Positions 13,481 through 26,156 are shown, counted from the stretch's first letter. The stretch: 64,000 nucleotides of DNA from Nitrospirales bacterium (GCA_965203295.1 CBDBCZ010000012.1:512001-576000); one strand, 5' to 3'. A program made the numbers and translations. The notes: generated by a model from the sequence alone, not told the origin.

Positions 13481-14023
13481 GCACTGTATTGTGCAAGCTG
13501 GTGGGCTCGTGTATATAAAATGGTAATACAAAGCCACCCCTTTTTTCAAAGTAATAAACAATACATATCAAGAATACTGTGGGACCCTCTATTGTGGACG
13601 TGTTGGGAGTGTCCTGCATAGAGAGTGTGTCCTCATTTCAGGGTTAAATTTATTATCGAGAAAGCATATTTAGGACATAGCAAGTTGTCCTTAATACAGA
13701 AGTGTCCTTATTTTAGGGTTGTGATGGCTGGGTACTACCTTCTTTATTCTATTATTACTCACTATCCAATTTAACCCAAGAAATTGTGATTCTAGGAATT
13801 TATTATGAATCTAATCTAGGCAAGTCCATCACTAATTATTTTAAGCTGAATCCAATCTAACACAAGAGGTGTACAACTCCAGGAAATATACTTTGTAAAT
13901 TGCACTATAAACTATTAGCTAAAACAACTGTTACTCAGTGAAGTCCACAAATGGCTTTGAGCCTTCACTAAATGGCTCTTCTGGGTCTTGCTGCCTATCA
14001 AAATTCTGGTGAAACCTTGAGCC

Positions 14024-14475
14024 CAGAGGAGGTTGGACACGGTCATGTGACATACGCGTATGCGATTCTCTACGGAGATTTCTGTATAAAAAGCTCTAAA
14101 AAGTTTTCTCGTTAGTCTTTATGCGTATCCCCAAGGAATAGGCATCTTTCGAGAGCTCTTCCGAAGTAGATTCAGAATATCTCGCCAACCCCGTTCAACC
14201 CCTGGGTCATTGCAGAGCTACGGTCGTTTAAATATCTAGCTATCGGCAAGGCGAGACTACATACTGGATTCTATCTAGTAACGGAAAGGTGCTGCCCGTA
14301 TAGGTCCGTTCCAGCCATCTTACAGCAATCTACAGGCTATTGCAGCTTTATAGCGAGCTGTGCTTACCTTCTCAGTGAGCTAATTACATGCTGGAATGCA
14401 GCGTGGAATGTAATAAAGTGCAGCAAAAGGCGTGTGACCGCCACATGTTAATGAATGCGTGTCCAACCTCCTCTG
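14024..14475. mobile_element. MITE with 18-bp TIR and 9-bp TSD, nested in an older TIR element (~13741-14670). Copies at 22313-22766 and 32186-32638
   Basis: TIR cagaggaggttggacacg / cgtgtccaacctcctctg, flanked on both sides by ccttgagcc. Host element TIR is tctttattctattattactca / tgagtaataatggaataaaga. Confidence 0.85.
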
Positions 14476-14716
14476 CCTTGAGCCTACCTCTTGAAAAAAC
14501 TGGCTTCTTTCAAAGCGACTAAACCACTCCTTTACAACCACTCCTTTACAACGCATGATCTAATCTAGGGGCAGGAAATTCTATTCCAGTAATTTTCAAT
14601 GAATCTAATTTAGTGCTAACAAAACTGAAATTAATTTATTTGCTTGAGTAATAATGGAATAAAGACACGGTAAGCTGTAGTTGCATATATTATTATAGGA
14701 CAGTGTACTATAAATG

Positions 14717-14882
14717 CCGTAGATCGGGAAATTTTCACCCATAAAAATGTGTGGCCGTTAGAATTTTTGTTGTTTTGTTTTCATCGTTTCGGCACACCAG
14801 AAGTATATCTATAGTGTTATTGGTCGTCGTTGTAGGGTACTCAAGGAACTTTATTAACGGCTGAAAATTTCCCGATCTGCAG
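14717..14882. mobile_element. Small MITE (also present in units 2 and 3)
   Basis: TIR ccgtagatcgggaaattttca / tgaaaatttcccgatctgcag. Confidence 0.7.
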
Positions 14883-15049
14883 TAACACAACATACATCTA
14901 AGCTAAGTTTGGGTGTAGCATGCTTATCGTGTTTAGGAGATGCCTGAAAAGAGAATAATTACAGTTGGAATTGGCTGGGCCCTACTGGCAAGTGCTACTA
15001 GCGGGTTTAGTGACTATATAAAGCTTGCCTACTGCTCCTTTGCCAAGGG

Positions 15050-15112
15050 GCTCCAGTAGCTCAGTGGTAAGAGCATCTGATTAGTATGCAGAAGGTCCTA
15101 GGTTCAATCCTC
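15050..15112 (+). pseudogene. tRNA-derived (Thr-AGT-like) SINE head or tRNA pseudogene. Copies at ~23320-23382 and ~33193-33254
   Basis: A box tagctcagtgg, anticodon arm tctga-ttagtat-gcaga (imperfect), B box ggttcaatcc. There is no 3' acceptor stem, and the A box is mutated in the later copies. Confidence 0.7.
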
Positions 15113-15216
15113 CGTTTTCCTTACTCTCTCAGAAAGCTTATCGTCTCTTGAAGAGTTTGCAATGTAAATTTTAACGTCCTTTGATGTGCCTGTAAACACA
15201 ACTTCTCTGTACGCAG

Positions 15217-15411
15217 GCGGTCGCTCCAAGAAGAGCAAGAAGCGAGCCAAGTACCTTGCCCGACAGGCCGAGGTGGAGCTCTTCCGGCCCCTCTGCGACC
15301 TGGTCGAGGACCGCCTCTCCCTGGAGGTGGGGCAGCTGGAGCTGAGCAGCCAGGCGGAGGTGCCTCCTCTGGTGGAGCTCTGCGTCAGGAAGATACGCAA
15401 GACTGACCTGG
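15217..15411 (+). other. Orphan protein-coding exon (195 nt, symmetric phase 1-1) with a BC-box-like motif. Copies at 23487-23681 and 33360-33554
   Basis: Bounded by a cag| acceptor and a |gtgggt donor, with high GC3 in AT-rich surroundings. Encodes GRSKKSKKRAKYLARQAEVELFRPLCDLVEDRLSLEVGQLELSSQAEVPPLVELCVRKIRKTDL. Confidence 0.65.
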
Positions 15412-16375
15412 GTGGGTGCCCTGGTGCCTGTAGGCTGGTGTGTGTCTCTGTGTCATAGTACTAGTGCTGGTTGGAATTTTCACCAGTCGGTTGTGCATGA
15501 AATCCGTAAATGACTGGTCCTTTGTATATTCCATGTACACGATAATATATTATTGTGGTACACGATACTATGCAACTGTACACCTCTATTAGGCCTAGCA
15601 GATTTAGAGGTTTGGTGGCCGAACTACATCAAGGGAGTTTAGGTTTTGTTACCTAGATGATGGAAAAGTGGTAAATACTTATGAGTTTGAACTACTTAGT
15701 AACTGGAAGCACACAATAAGTAATCGTAACAAGGTGAGTAGTGAGGTACTACATCCTAAGTTCGTAGAATACTTCACTGTTTGTAAATCTTTCTTAATAT
15801 TGGGATACACTCTTTTCCGTATACCACAATAAAGGAATAGAAACAGTGTAGGGTCACTATTATGACAATAGTACATGTATATAGGAGGGAAAGAGTGTAG
15901 AGATACACTGGCTCCCCCCTATGGTATATAGGGGGAACCAGTAACATACATGTATATGTTATAGGAAAGAAAGAGCATTGTTTCCCCACCTGCCTCAATT
16001 TTGTTGTTCCCCCAATGCGTTCTTATTGTAATTGATGTAAAATTGCGAACTGCAGATCATAGCTAAATCTGTTATCCCCACAAAGAGCAAGTGAGCTTCT
16101 TCCAAGTGCATGCATCATGGACCAGTATATTGCGCTGTAACTTGTAGCAAGCCATTTATTAGTTACAGATGAGTGCTCAGGGGTGGCTACCATAGCAATT
16201 AGGTATGGGCCATTGCACACCTCAAAGTCCTAGTGCACATGGTATAGCTGGTAATTGTCTGGCTACTTATACCTTGTTTGAATTATTAATAAGGTGTACT
16301 TGTATAACCCTGATACATGTATACTCCTTAGTAACCCCTAGCGGTTCCTGTGAAGTTGTATGGTAGCCTGCTACA

Positions 16376-17025
16376 AATATTATTGCACGAGTGAAAGTGA
16401 AATATGGCTGGATATTGCACAAGTTGACAGATGTATTTTCATGAGCCAAAGGCGAGTGGAAGTGCTGCCTACGAGTGCAATATCTGGCCATTTTTCACTT
16501 TCACGAGTGCAATAGTATTTATTACCCACTTTTACCATAACTATGGCCAACATTGTCATAAATTTATCTTACCGACATTCCTACATGTACTCATCAGAGA
16601 TGAATTTTATCTAATAACTCACCAACGTTATGCATGAACTGAATGAACTGCACGTGAACTTTCGATGAGGTACCGCTTCAGCGATGCACGAGAAGCCAAG
16701 CGTTTTTGTGTTACTGTATAGAAGATAGGGGCAGAGTTTACCGTACTCGCGATTGCGCAGAAGTGGTAAATTCGTGATGCTCATTATCGCTTGAACGGAA
16801 GGAGCTGTAGCCTTCTAGCCTGGACTGCCAGTAGTTGAAGGTTAGTACTTACATCGTACCAAGAATCATTGGCATTCCCATCATTGGCTATGCAGAATTG
16901 AAAGGTAACTATCGACTTCCGCATCCACCTACGCAACGTGGAATAGCAACTGTCGAATATCATGGGATATTCCATGCCTGCTCAATGATGGAATACTTCA
17001 AGAGAGAATATCAAGTGGGTAATAA
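16376..17025 (+). mobile_element. Non-autonomous element with Crypton-like end architecture. Copies at ~24655-25306 and ~34511-35162
   Basis: Long 5' hairpin (tattgcacgagtgaaagtgaaa ... tttcactttcacgagtgcaata) is followed by ttattacccactt (16519-16531). That sequence is the reverse complement of the 3' end aagtgggtaataa (17013-17025). Confidence 0.55.
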
Positions 17026-17087
17026 AACCCCCTAGCCCCATGCAGAGTTTCCTTACAAGGACTTGCAAGGTTCTTGCAAGGAATTTA

Positions 17088-17241
17088 CTAATTAGAGGAA
17101 GTGTCCTATGAATACATTAGTAGTTGCTAAACCCACAAGTGTTTTGCCTGTGGCTGGGTTTATAAGAAGCAACAGCTACAACATCTATTATTGCATGCGT
17201 TATGTGTAAGTATATACAATTTTTGGAGAGCCCAAGGGCTC
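17088..17241 (+). ncRNA. Sm-site snRNA-like cassette (type B, unique middle)
   Basis: Same conserved 5' block; middle aagaagcaacagctacaacatctattattgcatgcgttatgtgtaagtatatac; then aatttttgg and the gagcccaagggctc hairpin. Confidence 0.55.
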
Positions 17242-17280
17242 AAATGGTGTGAAAATAGCTAACTAGATGAATGCAGAGCA

Positions 17281-17745
17281 TTGTGGGGGTGAGCGTGAGC
17301 GAGTACATGTACATATTGCATGAAGATGCTATAGTAGAGCACAATAACACGTGTGGACCAGAAAATGCCTGTCACGTTGCAGCCTAGTTGGTGCTCTGTT
17401 GCAGCCTAGTTGGTGCTCTGTCGTGCTGCAGCTTGTAGCATCCATTGATCTGCTCAACAGTCTGAGTACAGCGTCTAGCCCTGAATCTCTCACTTCGCCT
17501 TTCACAGATATATAATTTTAGCAGGCTGTTTCTGGCAGTGCTCTATGCTGGCAGTGTCGATACGCCCTTGGCTATTGCAATTGCGTCCAGAACAGCGCAC
17601 GTGGTTATTCCGGAATTACGCAACAATCGAAATTATAGCATACATTCGGCATGACGTACGAGACAAACAACAAACAAACAGACAAACGGACAGAAATTGC
17701 TGCATTGAACTTGCTAGTGTGGGGTTCGCTCACACTCGCCCCAAT
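17281..17745. mobile_element. MITE present only in unit 1
   Basis: Imperfect TIR tgggggtgagcgtgagcgag / ttcgctcacactcgccccaa. Absent at the homologous site of unit 2 (~25520). Confidence 0.7.
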
Positions 17746-18335
17746 TATGTATTGAGACAGTATAGTACTGCAGTACTTCCCCCAACAATGAAGCCTATGT
17801 ACGTAATTTTGTCTATTGCAGACTATGCTTGACACAGCTTCTGAACAAATGCCTGATAATGTCTTCACAATTCCTGCCAAATTCAATTCTACCAATATTT
17901 ATTTACAGCCAGTTAGAAACTGTTTCATGGAATATAATTTTTTGGCAAAGTTTCCAGCTATAATATGATGACTAATTATTGCATCCCTGTAACTTCAGGT
18001 AGAGTTAACCAGTAAATGAGGATCAAACTTGACTGATCGATCATTTTGGTAACGACGTAATATCCAGTGTTTGCTTGGCACTATCATGCCTCAGGGGGGT
18101 AGGACAAGGTAATGTGTGCATGTCAGCAGTGGTACACTAGACGCAACACCAATTCTCTTGAAGAGCTTTTTGTGATAGCGGTGCAAAGCTGAAGAACACT
18201 CTTTAGGAGTAGCCTGAATTGATTTTGATGGCATGAACCTGGCATGTTGCACTCACTGTTATTATGTGCTGGAATGTGACCTCCAGACTGCTGTTCTCAA
18301 AGACTGGCTGCTGTGCAGCACTGTGTAAATAGTAA

Positions 18336-18494
18336 CTAATTAGAGGAAGTGTCCTATGAATACGTTAGTAGTTGCTAAACCCACAAGTGTTTTGCCTGTG
18401 GCTGGGTTTAAATGGAGCAGCAGTCACTAGTAGTGGCTACAGTGGGGTATGACCGTCCTTAATATGCGACAATTTTTGGAGAGCCCAAGGGCTC
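18336..18494 (+). ncRNA. Sm-site snRNA-like cassette (type A)
   Basis: Near-identical to 13213-13369. Confidence 0.55.
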
Positions 18495-18892
18495 AATTTA
18501 TGTGAAATTAAGGCTGATGGGTATGGGACTAACAAGTGATCGATTAGTGCTATCGTAATCTGCTACACAGGGGGTAGTTATGATAGTATGATAGTGCTAA
18601 GTGGTGATGTACATATTGACAGTCCAGGCTCTCTCCAAAAGAAAGGGGAGAACCTAGTACATTTTATCAAGTGAGTAAGGTAGAGAGAACTCAATTACAT
18701 GTGGGTGAACAAAATCACAATGGCAGGTCCAACAGTCTATCAGCGAAAATAGTCAGAAAAATTGAGTTCAAGGGTCTAAAGCAATACATCCGCCCCAACC
18801 CACCATCAAGTGAAAGGCCACATGTACAGGTAATACTTCAAAGCCCATTAAAGAGAGGACAGCGATCGAATGTACAGCTGACTCGGCATTTA

Positions 18893-19000
18893 CTATTTAG
18901 AGCAGTGTCCATGCACTAGCAGTTATGTAAACCCACAAGTGTTTTGCTTTTGGATGCGTTTAGGAGCAGCAGTTTCTGTGATTGATAACTCCCAATTTAC
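18893..19000 (+). pseudogene. Degenerate copy of the snRNA-like cassette (also ~26711-26820 and ~36565-36673)
   Basis: ctatttagagcagtgtcc...taaacccacaagtgttttgc...gtttaggagcagc is retained, but the Sm site and 3' hairpin are missing. Confidence 0.5.
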
Positions 19001-19291
19001 CTATTCCTAGCTGTCCAGTTCCTTTCTTCTCTTCAGTTCTCAAGTAGCAAGCTACAGTGTGTTTGTCTTAGACTCAGTGAATGCGTGCTTTTCGTTCCAA
19101 ACTACGATTTGCCATTGACTGTATTTGTGAATGAGCTTTGACCGTTGACCACACCCTTTCGAGCAGCTTTGACTATTGACCATTGAACGACTGCAGTCCC
19201 AATAGAGTCTATGGGAATGACTCTCCCTTGAAGAGGTGGCAGTATGTAGCCAAGTACTATGCCCAGTGCTAAATTTCAATATGTGAATTTT

Positions 19292-19447
19292 CTAATTAGA
19301 GGAAGTGTCCTGTGAACAGTACGTATGAGTAAGGCTAAACCCACAAGTGTTTTGCTTGTGGCTGGGTTTATAAGGAGCAACACCATACACTATGGCTAAA
19401 GGCATTATGATAATGAGCATTTTTGGAGATCTCGAGCCTAAGGCTCG
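19292..19447 (+). ncRNA. Sm-site snRNA-like cassette (type E)
   Basis: Conserved 5' block; middle aaggagcaacaccatacactatggctaaaggcattatgataatgagc; atttttgg; alternative 3' hairpin cgagcc-taa-ggctcg. Confidence 0.55.
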
Positions 19448-19766
19448 TACTAATACAGGCATTAAATGTCTGATTACGTAGCTCTCACCTTCCCTAGCTC
19501 TCCATGCTACACATCAGCATCTGGTATTTAGAGCCAGTACTGTGTCGATGACCTAATTATTATGGACTTACAATAACTGTGATTGACATTCAGTTGCTAT
19601 GTATAATGCATTTAGTTGCTGTGCATAATTTTCTGTCTGGTGTCTGTTAATTTTCACATACGTAAACTCTGATAAATAACCTGGGGCGATTATATTTAGA
19701 ATTAGCAGCCTCAATGGGCGGTTACTTTTACATGGGTGGGTATAATCACAGATCGGTTATTTTTGT

Positions 19767-20077
19767 TTATCCCACATTACATCATCTCTAATAAATTTCA
19801 TTGGACGAGAGTAGTAGGATATATAGGCACATATCCTACAGTTCTGTACTTCCTTAGTTACGTACATATTAGTAACATAACCTCAAGCTACTTCACGATA
19901 GTTACGCACATGCACAGTAGTGGGATAAGTCAGATAGACCACGCCCCAGCGGAGGATATGTGCCCAAAATATCCTCTTTGGATACGGTTTTATCCCTCGG
20001 CTGCGCCTCGGGTAAAACCGCATCCGTGGAGGATATATAGGCGCATATCCTCCGCTGTGATGTGGTCTATCCTATAC
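19767..20077 (-). mobile_element. Non-autonomous Crypton-like element. Copies at 29611-29917 and 39467-39773
   Basis: On the minus strand it starts GTATAGG, like the autonomous Crypton, and has a long hairpin centred on tcggctgcgcctcg. Its joined ends gtgggataa|gtataggatagaccac are mirrored internally by gtgggataagtcagatagaccac (19920-19942). Confidence 0.6.
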
Positions 20078-23000
20078 AAAACAACCGTTAATAGCATGGT
20101 AGATCTACAGAAATATCGTTGAGATCAGCCTGGTAGATGTGGTGTCCCTTGAGGTAGGAAGCCTTCAGGCATGTAAGCTGAACGAGCTCCTTAGCATTAC
20201 CTTAGCTACCGTAGCTTAGTCTCGTTCCCAGAACCCTCCACTAACCGTAGCTAGGGTTTTCTCGCTACGACTAACGCCAACTTCTTGGTCGTGTTCTACG
20301 TATTAGCTGCATGCTCTGCTTGCTATAGACATTCACACGTGCAAACGCTATTAATTTTACAGATTCAATTTCCTGCCTGGGCTGCACGTGCAAATTATGG
20401 GCGGTTATGTTCATAGAAGGTTTTACACACGAGTAAACTGTTGTTGCAGTAAATAGTTCAGTTATACTAGAGGGGCGGTTTTTTACAGTACTCTCTATAT
20501 ATGCATAGAAACTTTAATTTTCACCCCTACCTCTAGCTTAGCTAGTGATAGTAGCTGGCACGAGTAAGCTTCCATGCTGGCTGTGTGAATTAGACGCACA
20601 AACATATTCCTTGCTTGGACGGCTACCAGTGTGCAATGAGTAAGTGATATACGTGTGTGTATAATTATCTGGTTGCTATGCGTATAGTTCCCATGCAGAC
20701 ATTGTGAAACTGAAGTGATTTGCATGGTTTGCTCCGATTTTGCTCTCCCTCACTCTGACTCATGCACTTGCTGGCTCACTACCATGACTACATACCTCCA
20801 GTGTGGTATTATTATACACGGCAGCTGTGAATGACAATATATGATACAGGGGCGTGGGAAGCAGAAATAGAGTGGTCTGGCCATAGAAGCTTGCCCGTAT
20901 TACTCTGAAAGATAGGAAGCACTCTCAAAATTTTGTTGTATTCACATATTAGTGAACCGTGGCAGCAGAGTAGATTGGAATGTAGATATCTGCCACCTGT
21001 TGAGGAAAGTGGAGTTAGAAGCTACAGAGTTTAAGTATTTATGAATGCAAGAACAGTTCTTAGCTGGTTCTAGCTGGGATACAAGATAGTCCTTACCTTT
21101 AACCTACTGAGAAAAATTAATACGTATAAGGTTATATAACGAGGGAGGCAGCTACCACGTCTTTGTCAACTTTGGACAGCTTTTTAGAGAAGTGAATACA
21201 AAGCCATTGCACACGTGGCATGTACCTGTGCATGCGTATTAAATATGTGAGTGTGTCCCGTTGAAAAAAGTCGTGTGGCTCATCAGATGACAGTGGCAAG
21301 TAAGCAGCTTGTGGAAGAAGCATACATAATTATAGCTTCTTGGAAACTCATCACTCTAGTCATGCAGTTGTCTTCCTGGTGATGCTGTCCTTGTTCTTGC
21401 TTGTGTTGCTGCTTGGGTACAATGAGTGCCACTTTGGGTGGTTCATGCGCTCCTGGTAAACTGAATTGGATTGACTACATGTACTGTATTCAAGCAGTGT
21501 GGGGTATGTTTTTTTTTCTGAAGACCTCTAGTTTGTGTAGTGATGTTCTTCCGTCTTGACCTCGATACTTAATATAGGCTCACTTGCAATGTATAATTGC
21601 ATTGAAAACTGCTGCGTTTATACTAACCCCACCCTTAGCAGAAGTTCAGACTTTGAAACATGCGATGGAGTAATCTACATGGCACTGTCACATATGGCAG
21701 TGTTTGGGTGTATGTGCACTTAGTGATCCTCCATGTCCTGACGTGCCCAAACTCACGAGGGTGCACTGTCTTTCAAAAGATTGAACAGATGTGTGTAGAT
21801 GCCGAGCTAGTCTGCTAATTAGGGCAGTTTGCAATGAAGGGCGAGCAGAACAGAGGCAGAAGAGGAAGTTGATGTGGGGGAATTGGTACTCTTTGAGTGG
21901 GTGGCATAGAGAGACTAGTGTTACTAAGAACCACAAGATGTATGTAAATGTATACAGAATGATGGGTGTTTGGGTAGCAGGTTATCATTAAGGGGGGGGG
22001 GGTCCACTGTATGTTATGCTGGGATGGCTGGGTACTATATCTTTATTCTATTATTACTCAAGATCCAAGAAATTGTGATTCTAGGAATTTATTATGAATC
22101 TAATCTAGGCAAGTCCATCACTAATTATTTTAAGCTGAATCCAATCTAACACAAGAGGTGTACAACTCCAGGAAATATACTTTGTAAATTGCACTATAAA
22201 CTATTAGCTAAAACAACTGTTACTCAGTGAAGTCCACAAATGGCTTTGAGTCTTCACTAAATGGCTCTTCTGGGTCTTGCTGCCTATCAAAATTCTGGTG
22301 AAACCTTGAGCCCAGAGGAGGTTGGACACGGTCATGTGACATACACGCCTACGTGATTCTCTACGGAGATTTCTGTATAAAAAGCGCTAAAAAGTTTTCT
22401 CGTTAGTCTTTATGCGTATCCTCAAGGAATAGGCATCTTTCGTGAGCTCTCCCGAAGTAGATTCAGAATATCTCGCCAACCCCGTTCAACCCCTGGGTCA
22501 TTGCAGAGCTACGGTCGTTTAAATATCTAGCTATCGGCAAGGCGAGACTACATACTGGATTCTATCTAGTAACGGAAAGGTGCTGCCCGTATAGGTCCGT
22601 TCCAGCCATCTTACAGCAATCTACAGGCTATTGCAGCTTTATAGCGAGCTGTGCTTACCTTCTCAGTGAGCTAATTACATGCTGGAATGCAGCGTGGAAT
22701 GTAATAAAGTGCAGCAAAAGGCGTGTGACCGCCACATGTTAATGAATGCGTGTCCAACCTCCTCTGCCTTGAGCCTACCTCTTGAAAAAACTGGCTTCTT
22801 TCAAAGGACTAAACCACTCCTTTACAATGCATGATCTAATCTAGCCCAGGAAATTCTATTCCAGGAATTTTCAATGAATCTAATTTAGCTCTAACAAAAC
22901 TGAAATTAATTTATTTGCTTGAGTAATAATAGAATAAAGACAGTAAGCTGTAGTTGCATATATTATAGGACAGTGTACTATAAATGCCGTAGATCGGGAA

Positions 23001-25358
23001 ATTTTCACTCGTAAAAATGTGTGGCTGTTAGAATTTTTGTTGTTTTCTTTTCATCGCTTCGGCACACCAGAAGTGTAGCTATAGTGTTATTGGTCGTCGT
23101 TGTAGGGTACTCAAGGAACTTTATTAACGGCTGAAAATTTCCCGATCTGCAGTAACACAACATACATCTAAGCTAAGTTTGGGTGTAGCATGCTTATCGT
23201 GTTTAGGAGATGCCTGATAAGAGAATAATTACAGTTGGAATTGGCTGGGCCCTACTGGCAAGTGCTACTAGCGGGTTTAGTGACTATATAAAGCTTGCCT
23301 ACTGCTCCTTTGCCAAGGGGCTCCAATAGGTCAGTGGTAAGAGCATCTGATTAGTATGCAGAAGGTCCTAGGTTCAATCCTCCGTTTTCCTTACTCTCTC
23401 AGAAAGCTTATCTTCTCTTGAAGAGTTTGCAATGTAAATTTCAACGTCCTTTGATGTGCCCGTAAACACAACTTCTCTGTACGCAGGCGGTCGCTCCAAG
23501 AAGAGCAAGAAGCGAGCCAAGTACCTTGCCCGGCAGGCCGAGGTGGAGTTCTTCCGGCCCCTCTGCGACCTGGTCGAGGACCGCCTGTCTCTGGAGGTGG
23601 GGCAGCTGGAGCTGAGCAGCCAGGCGGAGGTGCCTCCTCTGGTGGAGCTCTGCGTCAGGAAGATACGCAAGACTGACCTGGGTGGGTGCCCTGGTGGCTG
23701 TAGGCTGGTGTGTGTCTCTGTGTCATAGTACTAGTGCTGGTTGGAATTTTCACCAGTCGGTTGTGCATGAAATCCGTAAATGACTGGTCCTTTGTATATT
23801 CCATGTACACGATAATATATTATTGTGGTACACGATACTATGCAACTGTACACCTCTATTAGGCCTAGCAGATTTAGAGGTTTGGTGGCCGAACTACATC
23901 AAGGGAGTTTAGGTTTTGTTACCTAGATGATGGAAAAGTGGTAAACACTTATGGGTTTGAACTACTTAGTAACTGGAAGCACACAATAAATAATTGTAAC
24001 AAGGTGAGTAGTGAGGTACTACATCCTAGGTTCGTAGAATACTTCACTGTTTGTAAATCTTTCTTAGTATTGGGATACACTCTTTTCCGTATACCACAAT
24101 AAAGGAATAGAAACAGTGTAGGGTCACTATTATGACAATAGTACATGTATATAGGAGGGAAAGAGTGTAGAGATACACTGGCTCCCCCCTATAGTATATA
24201 GGGGAAACCAGTAACATACATGTATTTGTTATAGGAAAGAAAGAGCATTGTCTCCCCACCTGCCTCAATTTTGTTGATCCCCCAATGCGTTCTTATTGTA
24301 ACTGATGTAAAATTGCAAACTGCAGATCAAAGCTAAATCTGTTATCCCCACAAAGAGCAAGTGAGCTTCTTCCAAGTGCATGCATCATGGACCAGTATAT
24401 TAAATCAGTGCTGTAACTTGTAGCAAGCCAATTATTAGTTACAGATGAGTGCTCAGGGGTGGCTACCATAGCAATTAGGTATGGTCCATTGCACACCTCA
24501 AAGTACTAGTACACATGGTATAGCTGGTAATTGTCTGGCTACTGATACCTTCTTTGAATTATTAATAATAACGTGTACTTGTATAACCCTGATACATGTA
24601 TACTCCCTAGTAACCCCTAGCGGTTCCTGTGAAGTTGTATGGTAGCCTGCTACAAATATTATTGCACCAGTGAAAGTGAAATATGGCTGGATATTGCACA
24701 AGTTGGCAGATGTATTTTCATGAGCCAAAGACAAGTGGAAGTGCTGCCTACGAGTGCAATATCCGGCCATTTTTCACTTTCACGAGTGCAATAGTGTTTA
24801 TTACCCACTTTTACCATAACTATGGCCAACATTGTCATAAATTTATCTTACTGACATTCCTACATGTACTCATCAGAGATGAATTTTATATAATAACTCG
24901 CCAACGTTATGCATGAACTGAATGAACTGCACGTGGACTTTCGATGAGGTACCGCTTCAGCGATGCACGAGAAGCCAAGCGTTTTTGTGTTACTGTATAG
25001 AAGATAGGGGCAGAGTTTACCGTACTCGCGATTGCGCAGAAGTGGTAAATTCGTGATGCTCATTATCTCTTGAACGGAAGGAGCTGTAGCCTTCTAGCCT
25101 GGACTGCCAGTAGTTGAAGGTTAGTACTTACATCGTACCAAGAATCATTGGCATTCCCATCATTGGCTGTGCAGAATTGAAAGGTAACTATCGACTTCCG
25201 CATCCACCTACGCAACGTGGAATAGCAACTGTCGAATATCATGGGATATTCCATATACCTGCTCAATGATGGAACACTTCAAGAGAGAATATCAAGTGGG
25301 TAATAAACCCCCTAGCCCCATGCAGAGTTTCCTTACAAGGGTTCTTGCAAGGAATTTA

Positions 25359-25502
25359 CTAATTAGAGGAAGTGTCCTATGAATACATTAGTAGTTGCTA
25401 AACCCACAAGTGTTTTGCCTGTGGCTGGGTTTATAAGGAGCAACAGTGTAGTGTATGGCTACCGCTGACATGTGTCTGCAATTTTTGGAGAGCCCAAGGG
25501 CT
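25359..25502 (+). ncRNA. Sm-site snRNA-like cassette (type F; same locus as type B in unit 1 but a different middle)
   Basis: Conserved block; middle aaggagcaacagtgtagtgtatggctaccgctgacatgtgtctgc; then aatttttggagagcccaagggct. Confidence 0.55.
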
Positions 25503-26156
25503 GAAATAGTGTGAAAATAGCTAGTTATGTATTGAGACAGTATAGTACTACAGTACTTCCCCAACAATGTACGTAATTTTGTCTATTGCAGACTATGCTT
25601 GACACAGTATAGTACTACAGTACTTCCCCAACAATGTACGTAATTTTGTCTATTGCAGCTTCTGAACAAATGCCTGATAATGTCTTCACAATTCCTGCCA
25701 AATTCAATTCTACCAATATTTATTTACAGCCAGTTAGAAACTGTGTCATGGAATATAATTTTTTGGCAAAGTTTCCAGCTATAATATGATGACTAATTAT
25801 TGCATCCCTGTAACTTCAGGTAGAGTTAACCAGTAAATGAGGATCAAACTTGACTGATCGATCATTTGGGTAACGACGTAATAGCCAGAGTTTGCTTGGC
25901 ACTATCATGCCTCAGGGGGGTAGGACAAGGTAATGTGTGCATGTCAGCAGTGGTACACTAGACGCAACACCAATTCTCTTGGAGAGCTTTTTGTGATAGC
26001 GGTGCAAAGCTGAAGAACACTCTTTAGGAGTAGCCTGAATTGATTTTGATGGCATGAACCTGGCATGTTGCACTCACTGTTATTATGTGCTGGAATGTGA
26101 CCTCCAGACTGCTGTTCTTAAAGACTAGCTGCTGTGCAGCACTGTGTAAATAGTAA

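Larger units (their letters stand above)
13723..22022 (+). repeat. Tandem segmental repeat unit 1 (~8.3 kb; no Crypton; extra MITE at ~17281-17745)
   Basis: Collinear near-identity with 22023-31895. Example: ORF 15186 versus ORF 23456, offset 8270. Confidence 0.95.

Noticed and set aside
15050..15112. Functional tRNA-Thr gene
   Set aside because: No 3' acceptor stem and a mismatched anticodon stem; better explained as a SINE head or pseudogene.
19292..19447. U12 (tatgagtaagg) or U2 (gctaa..caagtgt) identity for the cassettes; SL RNA identity
   Set aside because: The matches are only 7-11 nt and not shared by all types. The U2/U12 stems and branch-recognition context are missing, and there is no AG|GT donor after the 5' hairpin.
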